Both the position numbers and the translations under genes were made by a program. The notes below the pieces were generated by a model, which did not search any database, had not been told where the DNA came from, and saw only the letters and a program-made list of their open reading frames with translations. A stretch of DNA of 57,205 nt from Myxococcota bacterium (lineage in GTDB: Bacteria; Myxococcota_C; UBA6777). This document shows positions 19,932 through 29,891 of the stretch, in pieces. Every line of letters starts with the position of its first letter. Position 1 is the stretch's first letter. The stretch spans positions 1 to 57,205 of the forward strand of contig JAKLKB010000058.1 of the NCBI GenBank assembly GCA_023150835.1, in the 5' to 3' direction.

Positions 19932-20125
19932 AATTTCCCGCCCCGTGGCCGCAACAACCCAAACGCCACTTCTGTTTGTTTGGAGGACTCGGTCTCGCCG
20001 TCGATACGGGGTCAAGGGAGCCGCGCTCCCTTGCGGGGCGTGGGGCAGCGCCCCACAAAGAAACATTTATAAACAGACAAAAGAAACATTTATAAACAGA
20101 CAAAAGAAACATCTACAAACAGATA
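19932..20125. repeat. Family M copy (forward) plus a 23-bp tandem repeat x3
   Basis: tacggggtcaagggagccgcgctcccttgcggggcgtggggcagcgcccc; aaagaaacatttataaacagaca x3 at 20057-20125. Confidence 0.85.
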
Positions 20126-20139
20126 AAAGAGAAAGGGAA

Positions 20140-20928
20140 TCAAGGCAAGCGAAAAAACTGCTGTGCATTTTGCGTGGTGATCTGGGCGGTAGTGTCGGGG
20201 GTTTCATTTCGGCAAGCGGCGACGGTGCGTAAAATGTGGGGGAGATAAGCGGGTTCGTTTCGGCGCGGATCTTTGGGGGGCTGAGGGAGGTCGCGAGGGA
20301 GAAGAAAAGGGGCATCGGTTTCGAGCATCAGACGATCGGCGGGGATACGCTTGGCGAGTTGGCGGAGGTGACGGCCTCGCCGCTCGTCGCAGATCCAGCC
20401 TGTGATGCCGATCCATAGGCCAAGATCGAGATAATCCTTCAAGGCATTGGCCTCGCCTGTAAAACAATGGACGACGGCTGGAGGAAGAGCACTGTAGCTT
20501 TTGAGGATATCGAGAAAACGAGGATGGGCATCGCGTTCATGAAGAAAGAGGGGTTTTTGGATCTCGATGGCGAGTTCGATCTGGGCTTGGAACCATTCTT
20601 CTTGTGTGTCGGGCGGGGAGAAATTGCGATTGAAGTCCAGTCCACATTCTCCGACCGCGCAAACACTCGGATGTTGCAGCAGTTTTTTGAGTGCGGGGAT
20701 GGTTTGTGGGCCGCAAGACTTGGCGTCGTGAGGATGGACGCCCGCCGTTGAAAAGAGGTGTTGAGGATAACGCAGCGCGAGGCGGTGGGCTTCTTGGCTC
20801 CCACGCAACGAAGTTCCCGTTAAGATCAGGCGCGTGACGCCCGCTGCAAAAGCATCTTGAAGAACTTGTTCGAGGTCTGCTTCAAACGAACGATGGGTGA
20901 GATTGATCCCGATATCGGTAAGCTGCAT
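20140..20928 (-). CDS. tatD: TatD family nuclease
   Basis: DIGINL, TAGVHPH, AVGECGLDFNRNFS, LFLHERDAH, VVHCFTG, LETDAPFL; start MQLTDIG at 20928. Confidence 0.95.
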   Translation of the reverse strand: MQLTDIGINLTHRSFEADLEQVLQDAFAAGVTRLILTGTSLRGSQEAHRLALRYPQHLFSTAGVHPHDAKSCGPQTIPALKKLLQHPSVCAVGECGLDFNRNFSPPDTQEEWFQAQIELAIEIQKPLFLHERDAHPRFLDILKSYSALPPAVVHCFTGEANALKDYLDLGLWIGITGWICDERRGRHLRQLAKRIPADRLMLETDAPFLLPRDLPQPPKDPRRNEPAYLPHILRTVAACRNETPDTTAQITTQNAQQFFRLP

Positions 20929-21016
20929 GGCGTGTGGTTCCTTGTTGGGTTGGTCGTGTTGTGGGGCTTTTTGTTGGGTTCTTATTGGCTTCTTATTGGG
21001 TTGGGGCTTTATTGGG

Positions 21017-21150
21017 TTGGGGCGCTGCCCCAAACCCCGCAAGGGACTGACGCCCCTTGACCCCTGTTTTGGCGGAAGCAGCAGCCGTGTTTCAAACAAA
21101 CAGCACTGCCGCGTGAAGTGCCGCGAACACGGGAGGTTTTTATCTACCGC
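21017..21150. repeat. Family M copy (reverse)
   Basis: ccccgcaagggactgacgccccttgacccc...gaagtgccgcgaacacggg. Confidence 0.8.
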
Positions 21151-21182
21151 GCCGCTTTCGATAAAAAGAAACTTGACCATGA

Positions 21183-21473
21183 TGGGACTTATACGAAATC
21201 CGCCCATTGTGTGATCGTAAAACGTAGGGGCAGCCCCCTGTGGCTGCCCAAGAACAGGGCGGTTCGCGAACCGCCCCTACATCATGCGATCATACATGAC
21301 GCGGAGATCGTATCACGCAGTTGACAAAAAACCCGTGTTCGCGGCACTTCAAGCGAGAGCATCGTTGGTTTGGAAAGCAGTGATCTTTTCGCTGATACGG
21401 GGTCAAGGGGCGACAGTCTATGGCGGGGTTTGGGGTGGAACCCCACAAAAACGTTCGAACTGCGTAATTCCTA
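21183..21473. mobile_element. Composite MITE-like element (module R plus module M)
   Basis: tgggacttatacg at the left, REP pair gtaggggcagccccctgtggctgccc / gggcggttcgcgaaccgcccctac, then acgcagtt...aactgcgtaattccta. Confidence 0.7.
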
Positions 21474-21492
21474 CACAAGGAAGCCTCTCGGT

Positions 21493-23223
21493 TCAGAAGC
21501 GAACACCCACTCCAAGAGAGGCATTGAGATCCCAACGGACGGTCCATTCGCCGCCAAGGTTCAAAAAGCGCGCCCCAGCGAGCAGATCGAGCTGGAGGAA
21601 CCAAAGCACCGCAAAGCCATATTGGACGCTAAAGATCCCTGCGGGTCCAAAACTACCCGACCAGAGGGTTTGTTCGGAGGCTTGTTCGCGGGGCCAGAGG
21701 GCTTGAGCCAACAAAGATCCGCGCAAAAGGACACCCGCCCCAAGCCACCAATGAGGCCGCGCCAGCAACGTCCATTGAAGACCGATATCCAGTTGAAGCG
21801 TATGCAAGTGAAAACCAAGGGTGTTGGGGAGTGTGGTGCTGCCGTGTTGTGAACCGAACTGCAAGAGCAAAGACATCCGCCCCGTCCCAACGCCATCCAA
21901 AGGCAAACGGAGATGCAGACTTGGCCCGTGATGCCAGACCCCTTGATCCACCCCGCTCCATCCGCCCGTATAAGACACACCCAGACTCGGCCCCAAAAGC
22001 TGCCCTTCGAAACTTCGCCAATCCCCGTTGGAAGCCTTGGTTCCACCGCGCAGATCTTTGGGGATCCAATACGCAAGGCGCTGCCCAAGATGGCGCAGTC
22101 GAAAGCGCTGGCCTTTTTCTAAAGCAATCGACTGATGATAGATCCCGTGTTTTCTGCGCCATTGCAAGATATAACGCCCGGGAGGAAGGGCGACTTGGAC
22201 TTCGCGGCCTTTGTTTTTCACCACCTCTGCAAGCAACAAGTCGCGTTGGGAAGTCCAAACAAAAAACTCCCCCGCAAGCTGTGGATGAAGCCAAAGCCAA
22301 GCCCGCTGTTGAGAAAGCGTCGTCAAGATCAGCGAGCCATAACCAGACAAACGCTTGGAAAAACGCGCCCGCTGTGGCCCTCTTTGTGAAAAGATCGTGC
22401 GCGCCAAAGCGCGGTTATAAGAATAGTTGTAGGCTTCTTCGAGCGTGACGTGGCCATCGTTGTTTTGGTCGGCAGCTCCGCGCAATCCAGAAAGCAAGTA
22501 GTGTGTGAAGATCCCACCACGCAGACTGGGATCTTCGTGGGCGCTTTCTTTGTGTCCCGTCGCCGTAATCATCACCTCCCCCGTCGCCGAAGGAGCCAGC
22601 CGCACAAAAGGAAAACGAAAGCCTTCTTTGCGACGCTTTAAGCCTTTGCCTTGCAAGATCTCGCCGCTTTCACAAGCATCAAAGACCACCAGACGCAGCG
22701 AAGCCAGCGTCCCCCGAACAAACCGCTTGATCTGCGTAAAAGTAAGCGTGCTTTCCCCCAGCAACAGTCGTCCTTTTTGAGCATGGCCTGAGTAATACAC
22801 AAACAAGATGATGCGTTTTTTCGGCCCCCATCGTTTGCGTTGTTCGGCGATGCGCTGCTGGATCGAGAGCATCGCTCGCTCGACCGCAGGGGCAGATTGC
22901 CCCGTCAATAGCCAGATATCGCCCGCCTTGTACCCCGCCAACTGCACCAAGAGATCATGCACTTTGCGCGCATCCAATTCTGCAAAACGCAGGGGCAAAG
23001 CTCGCTCCCCCGCTTGGTTGTGGCCGATCACCAAGGCCACACGCAACACCTCGCTGTCTTCGTTGCAATTCCCGCTTGCCACCGCACAAAAGGAGTGTTG
23101 CGGCAAAGAAGCGAGAGACGGAGCCGAACAGAAAAGAGCGCAGACCCCAAAGAACAAGGCTCTCCAAGCGGATATCCGAGGAAAAAAAGCGCGAAAGAAG
23201 TAGACGAAGCAAGGAGCATCCAT
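21493..23223 (-). CDS. Secreted caspase-family (C14) peptidase with a C-terminal predicted outer-membrane beta-barrel
   Basis: ALVIGHN, LRFAELDA, dyad YYSGHA and FDACESG, FTHYLLSGLRGAAD, alternating beta-strands ending in LGVGVRF; N-terminal hydrophobic signal; start uncertain. Confidence 0.82.
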   Translation of the reverse strand: MDAPCFVYFFRAFFPRISAWRALFFGVCALFCSAPSLASLPQHSFCAVASGNCNEDSEVLRVALVIGHNQAGERALPLRFAELDARKVHDLLVQLAGYKAGDIWLLTGQSAPAVERAMLSIQQRIAEQRKRWGPKKRIILFVYYSGHAQKGRLLLGESTLTFTQIKRFVRGTLASLRLVVFDACESGEILQGKGLKRRKEGFRFPFVRLAPSATGEVMITATGHKESAHEDPSLRGGIFTHYLLSGLRGAADQNNDGHVTLEEAYNYSYNRALARTIFSQRGPQRARFSKRLSGYGSLILTTLSQQRAWLWLHPQLAGEFFVWTSQRDLLLAEVVKNKGREVQVALPPGRYILQWRRKHGIYHQSIALEKGQRFRLRHLGQRLAYWIPKDLRGGTKASNGDWRSFEGQLLGPSLGVSYTGGWSGVDQGVWHHGPSLHLRLPLDGVGTGRMSLLLQFGSQHGSTTLPNTLGFHLHTLQLDIGLQWTLLARPHWWLGAGVLLRGSLLAQALWPREQASEQTLWSGSFGPAGIFSVQYGFAVLWFLQLDLLAGARFLNLGGEWTVRWDLNASLGVGVRF

Positions 23224-23348
23224 CGGAGAGATCCCTTCTGTTGGGGAGAACGCCGAAATCAAGAAAGGAAGCAAGGAAGCAGCGCAGCGTTCCCAAAAAA
23301 GCCGTGTTCGCGCACTATTAGGGGATACGTATGGTTTCAATCCCAGTA

Positions 23349-23660
23349 GCAGCGTTCCCAAAAAAGCCGTGTTCGCGCCCGTTCAAGCGCCAGAGACGTC
23401 TGTGTAAAAAACGTCTGTTCTCCCCGCCAAATCGGGGTCAAGGGAGCCGCGCTCCCTTGCGGGGTGTGGGGCAGCGCACCATAGGCGTTAGGTGGAGCGG
23501 AGGAAAGCCCCCCACCCCGCCCTCCCCCGTGAACAGGGGAGGGAGCGAAAGTCGGAAGCCTCGGGGATTTTGTTTTTTCATGACGCACGCTGTATGCACG
23601 AGATGCAGACGCTGCCCGTTCCAACTTCCCCCCGTTGGCCGGGGGGATTGAGGGGGGGAG
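23349..23660. repeat. Family M copy fused to a C-rich/G-rich hairpin repeat (family H)
   Basis: cccccaccccgccctcccccgtgaacaggggagggag and ttccccccgttggccggggggattgagggggg; near-identical to 56953-57205. Confidence 0.85.
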
Positions 23661-23766
23661 AAAAAAAAAAGGCGATCAAGACCGACTCTACGAGGTTTCC
23701 ACCTTAACAAGGCGCGTATGGGGCAGCGCACCACGAACAGAAAAAAGGGCGTGATGTAGCCCCTGA

Positions 23767-24624
23767 TCAGGGGGGCGAACGCCGAAAGCGATACAAGAGC
23801 AGGTAGGCGCATGGGCCGTGAGGCTTGGGTTCTTGATGCGCCCACGCATCGGGAGAAGGGATCTGCGCGTTCAAAGCGCGGAAGTGCAAGGGTTGACGGG
23901 AAAAGCAAGCCCAGATCTCTTCGTGGCCGTGTGTGGCTTGATCGAATTCCAAGCTGCCGGGGAGTGTGGTTTCGTTGGGTGAATCGAGCCGCAGGCTGGG
24001 TTGTTCGGCAGAGGCCGGATACAACGGAGAGAGGCGGCCTTCTTGATCGCGGTGGAGGATGTAAAGATAAGCCGGTTTTTGTGTACGCCATTGATACGCA
24101 AGGCGGATGTGATCACCTGCCTTGACGGATTCGCCCGATGCCATCTGACGGATCACCGCGCCGCGTTTTAAGCCGATAAGAAAAACAGGCGTCTCGACCC
24201 CGCGATAAATCGTGTGTTGGGGCGTCCACAGCGAACTCAAGGACAGCGACAGCAACAAAGCGACAGAACAGGTCGCAACACTCGCCCAGATCGCCCAAGG
24301 TCTGGAGGGCTGCGTGGGTTGTGATCTGGAGGAAGCGGTGGCCCACGTGGGGCCGTTGCCTTGCGTGGGATCAAAGCCACGAGACGGCGTGGGTTGCGGT
24401 GTGGAAGAAGCGGCGAGAGCTTGTTCGAGGGCAAGCGGTGGGGCTGGATGAGAAAGGAAGTCAGCGCGCTCTTGACGTAACCAAGCCATCTCTTGACGAC
24501 AGCGCGGACAAGCCGCGATATGGGCTTCGGACTCGCGGCGTTCGGCTTCTGGCTCAAGGCAGAGCAAGTGGCGATCCATCCGATACTCAGACAAACAGGA
24601 AGAAGAAAGGCGTTCCCATCTCAT
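23767..24624 (-). CDS. Zinc-finger (zf-HC2) anti-sigma factor with a TM helix and DUF4384-like periplasmic domain
   Basis: HIAACPRC (HxxxCxxC), TM WAIWASVATCSVALLLSLSL, GDHIRL..YLYILHRD..G..SPLYP; ATGA overlap with the sigma gene. Confidence 0.8.
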   Translation of the reverse strand: MRWERLSSSCLSEYRMDRHLLCLEPEAERRESEAHIAACPRCRQEMAWLRQERADFLSHPAPPLALEQALAASSTPQPTPSRGFDPTQGNGPTWATASSRSQPTQPSRPWAIWASVATCSVALLLSLSLSSLWTPQHTIYRGVETPVFLIGLKRGAVIRQMASGESVKAGDHIRLAYQWRTQKPAYLYILHRDQEGRLSPLYPASAEQPSLRLDSPNETTLPGSLEFDQATHGHEEIWACFSRQPLHFRALNAQIPSPDAWAHQEPKPHGPCAYLLLYRFRRSPP

Positions 24625-25196
24625 GGATTTTTTTCTCGCAAGACGATGCGGCCACGTTGCTGAAAATGCTGCAACCATCGGCGGATCTGATCGCGCGAAA
24701 CCTCCATGACTTCGGCGATCTCTTCTTGGGTCATGCCGCTGACGTAGCGATACAAGACAGCGGCGCGTTGTGTTTCGGGGAGTTGTTCGAGAAATCGTGC
24801 GAGTGCGATCTGCTCTTCGCGTGTCCAGTCGGAGGGTTCTTCGGTGGCATCGGTGTTCTCATCGTCTTCGTGGAGCGAGAAGTAGCGCAGGTGGCGCTTG
24901 TCTTTGTCGAGGATGCGCAGGCAGTGGGTCGTGGTGACGCGATAAAGCCAAGGAAGGATGTGTTGCGGCTCGCCTTGGTATTGATCCAAGCTGCGGCACA
25001 AGGTCAAAAAGATCTCTTGCATCGCGTCCTCCACACGCTCAGGATCTCGAAGTATCCGACGACATCGCCTTTTTAATATATATCCGTAGCTTTGATACAA
25101 CGCACGAACACGCGAGGCGATATCGTGCGTCGGCTGTGCTGTTTTGCGCAACGGCCAACGAGTAAAAAAGGCGACCAGTACACCGAAGAACATCAC
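24621..25196 (-). CDS. ECF sigma factor
   Basis: VEDAMQEIF (region 2), WLYRVTTTHCL, LPETQR...GMTQEEIAEVM (region 4). Confidence 0.9.
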   Translation of the reverse strand: MMFFGVLVAFFTRWPLRKTAQPTHDIASRVRALYQSYGYILKRRCRRILRDPERVEDAMQEIFLTLCRSLDQYQGEPQHILPWLYRVTTTHCLRILDKDKRHLRYFSLHEDDENTDATEEPSDWTREEQIALARFLEQLPETQRAAVLYRYVSGMTQEEIAEVMEVSRDQIRRWLQHFQQRGRIVLREKNP

Positions 25197-25211
25197 ATAC
25201 CGTCGTTTGTC

Positions 25212-27317
25212 TTAGGGTTTCCAGCGCAGGATCACACCTTGGCCGAGGACGAACAAGGTCTTTTGGTCAGGAGAAAGGCGCAAAGCATAGAGCGATGGGA
25301 TCTTTCCTGTGTCGATGTGCTTGCCTTTGAGTTGGGTGATCGGGATCGAGGCAAAGGTTTTTCCGCCATCGGTACTTTCAAGCAACAGACCTTCGCTTTG
25401 CGTACCGCCTTGATTTTCAAAATGGCCGCCCGCGACCGCAACGATCCGATTTCCATCGATCGACAAGATATCGCCGTGAGGCAGGCTTGTGGTGGTCTTG
25501 TGTTCAAAGACTTTTTGCCAGCGCGCACCGCGATCATCCGAGCGCCAGAGGGCGATGCCTGCGGGCTGTTTTTGAGCATCGAGAAGATGCCCCATCACCA
25601 AGAAGCTCTGTGATCCGAGAACATACCCAACGGTCAGCGAACAAGAAGTGCAAGGCATGGTCGCATCCGTCCAATACTTGGGCATATCCGCCATCGTCGC
25701 TCCTGCGGGAAGTTCGGCGTTGGTGGTGTTGTACGAGACGAAAGGGATGACTTGGAAATTTCCGCCGACAAAACTATCCCGCGACCCAACCAAAAGGGCC
25801 GTCTGTTGGGCGACATGGAAACTTTGAAAACGTGCGTTGTTTTTGGCGGGATCGTTGAAGTAAACCAGTTTTTGGGTCTTCCAATCACCGTTGGATTCGG
25901 GAACAAAAGAGAGGATCATATTTTCCATGGTGACGAACCAGCGGCCATCCACGACGAGCAGCTTGCGGTTTGTGGAGAGGGAGCCGTTGAGGATGTTGTT
26001 TCGGTCGAGATTGGGCGTCCAGTTGGTTTGCGGAGTGCGGCTAAACAGCGAAGGGTGAAAGTCGCTTGGGTTGGCGTCCCAGAAACTACCGAAGACATAA
26101 CCGCGTCCCCCCAAACAAGCGATCCCAAAGACGGTCAGATCGACGATCTCGTAATGCGCGGTACGCGGAAAGCCTTGGCCTTGGATGCAGTTGGCGCACG
26201 TCCATGTGCTGCCGCCGTCTTTGGTGACGCGCAGATTTCCGTACTGCATATTGATTCCACCTTCGCGAAACGCCCGCATGGTCGCGGTTTCAAAGGTTTG
26301 GTCGTCCCAGAAACATCCTCCGATGTAATCCCCGCCACCAAAAGATTCGTAAGAGACGGTCGCCCAACCACTTGTAGGAAGAGATGTATCCCCTTTCACC
26401 GAGGCATACAAATCGACCGAACGGAGGACGTTTTGGTTCGAGAAGATATCCAAGGTGGCTTTGTGGCTTCCCGCAGCGACGGCCTCAAAACGGATATCGA
26501 GAGTGATCTTGGCCGATGCTGCAAGGCTTTGTGCAGAAAAGGCTGTGGGTAAGGAAAAGACGCCAACCGAGGCGCTTGCGTTGGTCAGGGCAACATGACT
26601 GATCTGGCAAGAGCCGTCGCCTTGGTTGGTGAGCGTCAGGCTTTGGGTCTTCGATTCGCCGAGTTTGAGTTCGTAGAAACTGAGCGAAGAAGGCGAGACT
26701 TGTATGCGACAGATCCCTGTTTGCGTTGGGACACAAGCTCCGCTCTGGCACGTCTCGTTGGCTTTGCAGTCCGTATCTTTTGCGCAAGGCTTGTTGGGAT
26801 CGGGGATACAAGCCCCGCTTTGACAGATCTGGCCCGTTTTGCACTCCGCGTTTTGTGCGCAAAGCTTGTTGGGATCGGCGACACAAGCTCCGTTTTGGCA
26901 GATCTCGCCTGTTTTGCACTCCGCGTTTTGTGCGCAAGGCTTGTTGGGGTCGGCGACACAAGCTCCGCTTTGGCAGATCTGGCCCGTTTTGCAGTCGCTT
27001 TTGGTTTGGCAGGTGGGTTTGGGGTTGCTCTTGCAGGTGCCAGCCGTACAGATCTCGCCCGTTGCACATTCTTGATCGATGCGGCAAGCCTCGATCGCAG
27101 GGTCCACACAGCGGTTGCGAAGACAAGTGCGCGGAGCGTTGCAATCACTGTCTGATTGGCAGTGATCGAGTTGTTGGCAACGATAACTACGGCAGCGATG
27201 ATCGATCGGGCAGTCCGATTGTTGCGCGCAATCCTTGAGGGTAGGCCCACACGTAAAGCCCGAAAATAGAGTCACTCCCAACAAACCAAGCGCCAAAGCG
27301 CCTATCCACCTTCTCAT
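25212..27317 (-). CDS. Secreted Cys-rich repeat protein with an Ig-like domain and BNR/Asp-box beta-propeller
   Basis: Signal peptide; 25-aa Cys repeats (75-bp tandem repeats at ~26730-26995); LTLTNQGDG Ig-like segment; Asp-boxes TKDGGSTW, SDDRGARW, STDGGKTF. Confidence 0.75.
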   Translation of the reverse strand: MRRWIGALALGLLGVTLFSGFTCGPTLKDCAQQSDCPIDHRCRSYRCQQLDHCQSDSDCNAPRTCLRNRCVDPAIEACRIDQECATGEICTAGTCKSNPKPTCQTKSDCKTGQICQSGACVADPNKPCAQNAECKTGEICQNGACVADPNKLCAQNAECKTGQICQSGACIPDPNKPCAKDTDCKANETCQSGACVPTQTGICRIQVSPSSLSFYELKLGESKTQSLTLTNQGDGSCQISHVALTNASASVGVFSLPTAFSAQSLAASAKITLDIRFEAVAAGSHKATLDIFSNQNVLRSVDLYASVKGDTSLPTSGWATVSYESFGGGDYIGGCFWDDQTFETATMRAFREGGINMQYGNLRVTKDGGSTWTCANCIQGQGFPRTAHYEIVDLTVFGIACLGGRGYVFGSFWDANPSDFHPSLFSRTPQTNWTPNLDRNNILNGSLSTNRKLLVVDGRWFVTMENMILSFVPESNGDWKTQKLVYFNDPAKNNARFQSFHVAQQTALLVGSRDSFVGGNFQVIPFVSYNTTNAELPAGATMADMPKYWTDATMPCTSCSLTVGYVLGSQSFLVMGHLLDAQKQPAGIALWRSDDRGARWQKVFEHKTTTSLPHGDILSIDGNRIVAVAGGHFENQGGTQSEGLLLESTDGGKTFASIPITQLKGKHIDTGKIPSLYALRLSPDQKTLFVLGQGVILRWKP

Positions 27318-27504
27318 CCGTCCTTCTCCTTTTCATCCATCCGAGGATCTTTGTTCTGATTTGTCGGTTGGAAGGCACATCCCCACGCGCGCAGAGGGTA
27401 CGATCTCCTCACAACCACAAGCAAGCTCTTTTGCATGCTGTGTGGGTATGGATCAAAGAGGTGGTGCGTTTTGGGCAAGTTTTTTCAAAAATTTTTGGGG
27501 TAGC

Positions 27505-28605
27505 TTACAAAAGAGGGAGATAGCGATGGATGGCATCGACGATCCGCTCGGCAGCGTGGCCATCCCAAAGGGGTGGGAGCGAGGGGGTGGGGAGGGAGCC
27601 TTGGAGGATAGACTGATAAGCCGCCAAGATGCGGTCGGTTTGGGTGCCGACGAGTTGATTGGTGCCGATCTCGCAAGTGATGGGTCGTTCGGTGTTTTCT
27701 CGGATGGTGATGCAAGGGATCTTGAGGAAGGTGGTTTCTTCTTGGATGCCGCCCGAATCCGTGAAGACGACTTTGGCATGAGACATCAGATGCAAAAAGC
27801 CGAGATAGTCGAGAGGATCGAGCAAGCGAATCTGGGTCATGCGCTGGAGCCGTTGACCGAAGGGGCCGTGTTGAAGGTTGTTTCGGGTGCGGGGGTGCAT
27901 GGGAAACAGCAAGGGGAGGTCTTGTTGGATCTGTTCGAGAGCATCGAGGATGCGCGCAAAGACGGTGGGATCGTCGACATTCGAGGGGCGGTGCAACGTC
28001 AACAAGCCATAGGCCCCGTCGGAAACACTGAGTTCTTGGAAGGTACGGAGTCCTTGGAGTTTGGGTTGTTGTTTGACGAGTGTGTCGATCATGACGTTTC
28101 CGACCAAGAACACGCGATCTTCGGGGACGCCTTCACGATGCAAGTTTTCGACGCCAGAGACTTCGGTGCAAAAGAGCATGGAAGAGATGGCATCGGTGAC
28201 GATGCGATTGATCTCTTCGGGCATGGTGCGGTCGTTGGAGCGCAAGCCGGCTTCGACGTGGATCACGGGGATATGAAGCTTGGTTGCAACAAGACTGCAC
28301 GCAACGGTGCTGTTGACATCACCGACCACAAGCACCGCATCAGGTTTGTGTTGGAGGACGATAGGCTCAAAAGCGACCATGATCGCGGCAGTCTGGGCAG
28401 CATGGCTGCCTGAACCGACGCCGAGATGGACGTCTGGGTCAGGGATATCGAGCGTTTCAAAGAAAGAATCGCTCATCTTTTTGTCGTAGTGTTGGCCTGT
28501 GTGGACAAGCAAGGCTTGGATAGAAGGATACGCTTTGTAGGCTTCCATCAACGGCGCGATCTTCACGAAGTTTGGGCGTGCGCCCACGATATTCAGGATC
28601 TTCAC
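27505..28605 (-). CDS. wecB: UDP-N-acetylglucosamine 2-epimerase (non-hydrolysing)
   Basis: VGARPNFVKIAP, HTGQHYD, VGDVNST, HVEAGLRS, MPEEINR, TDSGGIQEE, TERP, WDGHAAERI. Confidence 0.95.
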   Translation of the reverse strand: MKILNIVGARPNFVKIAPLMEAYKAYPSIQALLVHTGQHYDKKMSDSFFETLDIPDPDVHLGVGSGSHAAQTAAIMVAFEPIVLQHKPDAVLVVGDVNSTVACSLVATKLHIPVIHVEAGLRSNDRTMPEEINRIVTDAISSMLFCTEVSGVENLHREGVPEDRVFLVGNVMIDTLVKQQPKLQGLRTFQELSVSDGAYGLLTLHRPSNVDDPTVFARILDALEQIQQDLPLLFPMHPRTRNNLQHGPFGQRLQRMTQIRLLDPLDYLGFLHLMSHAKVVFTDSGGIQEETTFLKIPCITIRENTERPITCEIGTNQLVGTQTDRILAAYQSILQGSLPTPSLPPLWDGHAAERIVDAIHRYLPLL

Positions 28606-29846
28606 GACGCGATCTTCCCCTTTGCGACGAGTGTTTCGAGCAACGAAAGATATCTTTCGGCCAGTTTCCCGCGATGAAAGTGTTCTTGGATATAACGGCG
28701 GCCATTTTTACCGAGCTTTGCGCCCAGATCGGGATCATCGGCCAAACGACAGACGGCGGCCACCAGATCGTCCGCATTTTCGGGTTCCATACAGATCCCT
28801 GCGTGGGCAGTGCGGATCAATTCGGCGCTATGGCCTTCCACGCCAAGCAAGATCGGGCGTTCCATCGAAGCAGCCTCAAAGATCTTGGAGGGGAGTACGG
28901 TTTTGAAGAGATCGGTTTTTTTCAAATGCACCAAAGTGACATCTGAAAAAGACAAGACATCGGGCATACGGCGTTTTTCGAGCAGCCCCGTAAAGATCAC
29001 GTTATCCAAGTGTTTGTCTTGGGCGGCTTGTTGAAGTTCTGCACGCAAGGCCCCGTCGCCCACGAGCAGGAAGGCGATATCTTGGCGTCCGAGGGCCTTG
29101 AGTTTTTCAGCGGCGGTCAACACCACTTGGAGTCCACACGCCATCCCGATGGTTCCGATATAGCTGCACACAAAAGGCTGTTGGATGCCGAGAGCCTGTT
29201 TGTAGGAAATTGCGGGAGGTTGGGGAAGATATCGATCGGGATCGACGCCGTTGGTGATCACCGAGATCTTTTCGAGGTTCACGCCTTTGTGCAAGAGTTC
29301 TTGTTTGTAGCCGTCGCCGACCGTCACGATGTGGGTGGCGGCCTTGTACATCCAATCTTCGAGTTGATAGAGCAGGCGCAACAAGGCAGGCTGTTGCATC
29401 GCTCCCACCGCCGTAATCGAATCGGGCCACAGATCGCGGATCTCCAGAACAAACGGGGTACCCCGCCAAAGGCGAGTGAGCACGCCCGACCATCCGCAAA
29501 AAAACTGCGGAGAGGTGGCGATGATCACGTCGGGCCTCTGCAACCCCGCTGCCGCCAGCACCGAAGTCATCAGATAAGAAGTGTAGTTGGCGATCCGCTT
29601 GATCGTGCCTTCGTTTGCAGCGATATACGTCCACACCCGCACCACATCGATCCCATCGACTTGTTCGCGCTGATAGAGCTTGTTTTGGTAGCCTTCAAAG
29701 ACCACACCCGACGGGCAGTTGGGCACGCAAGTGATCACCGTGACATCATGCCCGAGCTCGACCCATCGCTTGCAATTGTCATAAGTACGGGTTGCAGGAG
29801 CATTCACTTCGGGCGGAAAATAATGAGAGAAAAACAAGATACGCAC
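28602..29846 (-). CDS. GT4 glycosyltransferase (WbuB-like)
   Basis: RILFFSHYFPPE, IATSPQFF, EIRDLWP, YIGTIGMA, PSKIFE; probable GTG start at 29846. Confidence 0.9.
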   Translation of the reverse strand: MRILFFSHYFPPEVNAPATRTYDNCKRWVELGHDVTVITCVPNCPSGVVFEGYQNKLYQREQVDGIDVVRVWTYIAANEGTIKRIANYTSYLMTSVLAAAGLQRPDVIIATSPQFFCGWSGVLTRLWRGTPFVLEIRDLWPDSITAVGAMQQPALLRLLYQLEDWMYKAATHIVTVGDGYKQELLHKGVNLEKISVITNGVDPDRYLPQPPAISYKQALGIQQPFVCSYIGTIGMACGLQVVLTAAEKLKALGRQDIAFLLVGDGALRAELQQAAQDKHLDNVIFTGLLEKRRMPDVLSFSDVTLVHLKKTDLFKTVLPSKIFEAASMERPILLGVEGHSAELIRTAHAGICMEPENADDLVAAVCRLADDPDLGAKLGKNGRRYIQEHFHRGKLAERYLSLLETLVAKGKIAS

Positions 29847-29891
29847 AGCTTCACTCACCCAAAAAGAGAAAGGCAGAAAAAAAGAAAAGCA

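Noticed and set aside
20929-21207. N-terminal extension of tatD in the ORF track
   Set aside because: Runs through a family M repeat; TatD homology starts at MQLTDIG
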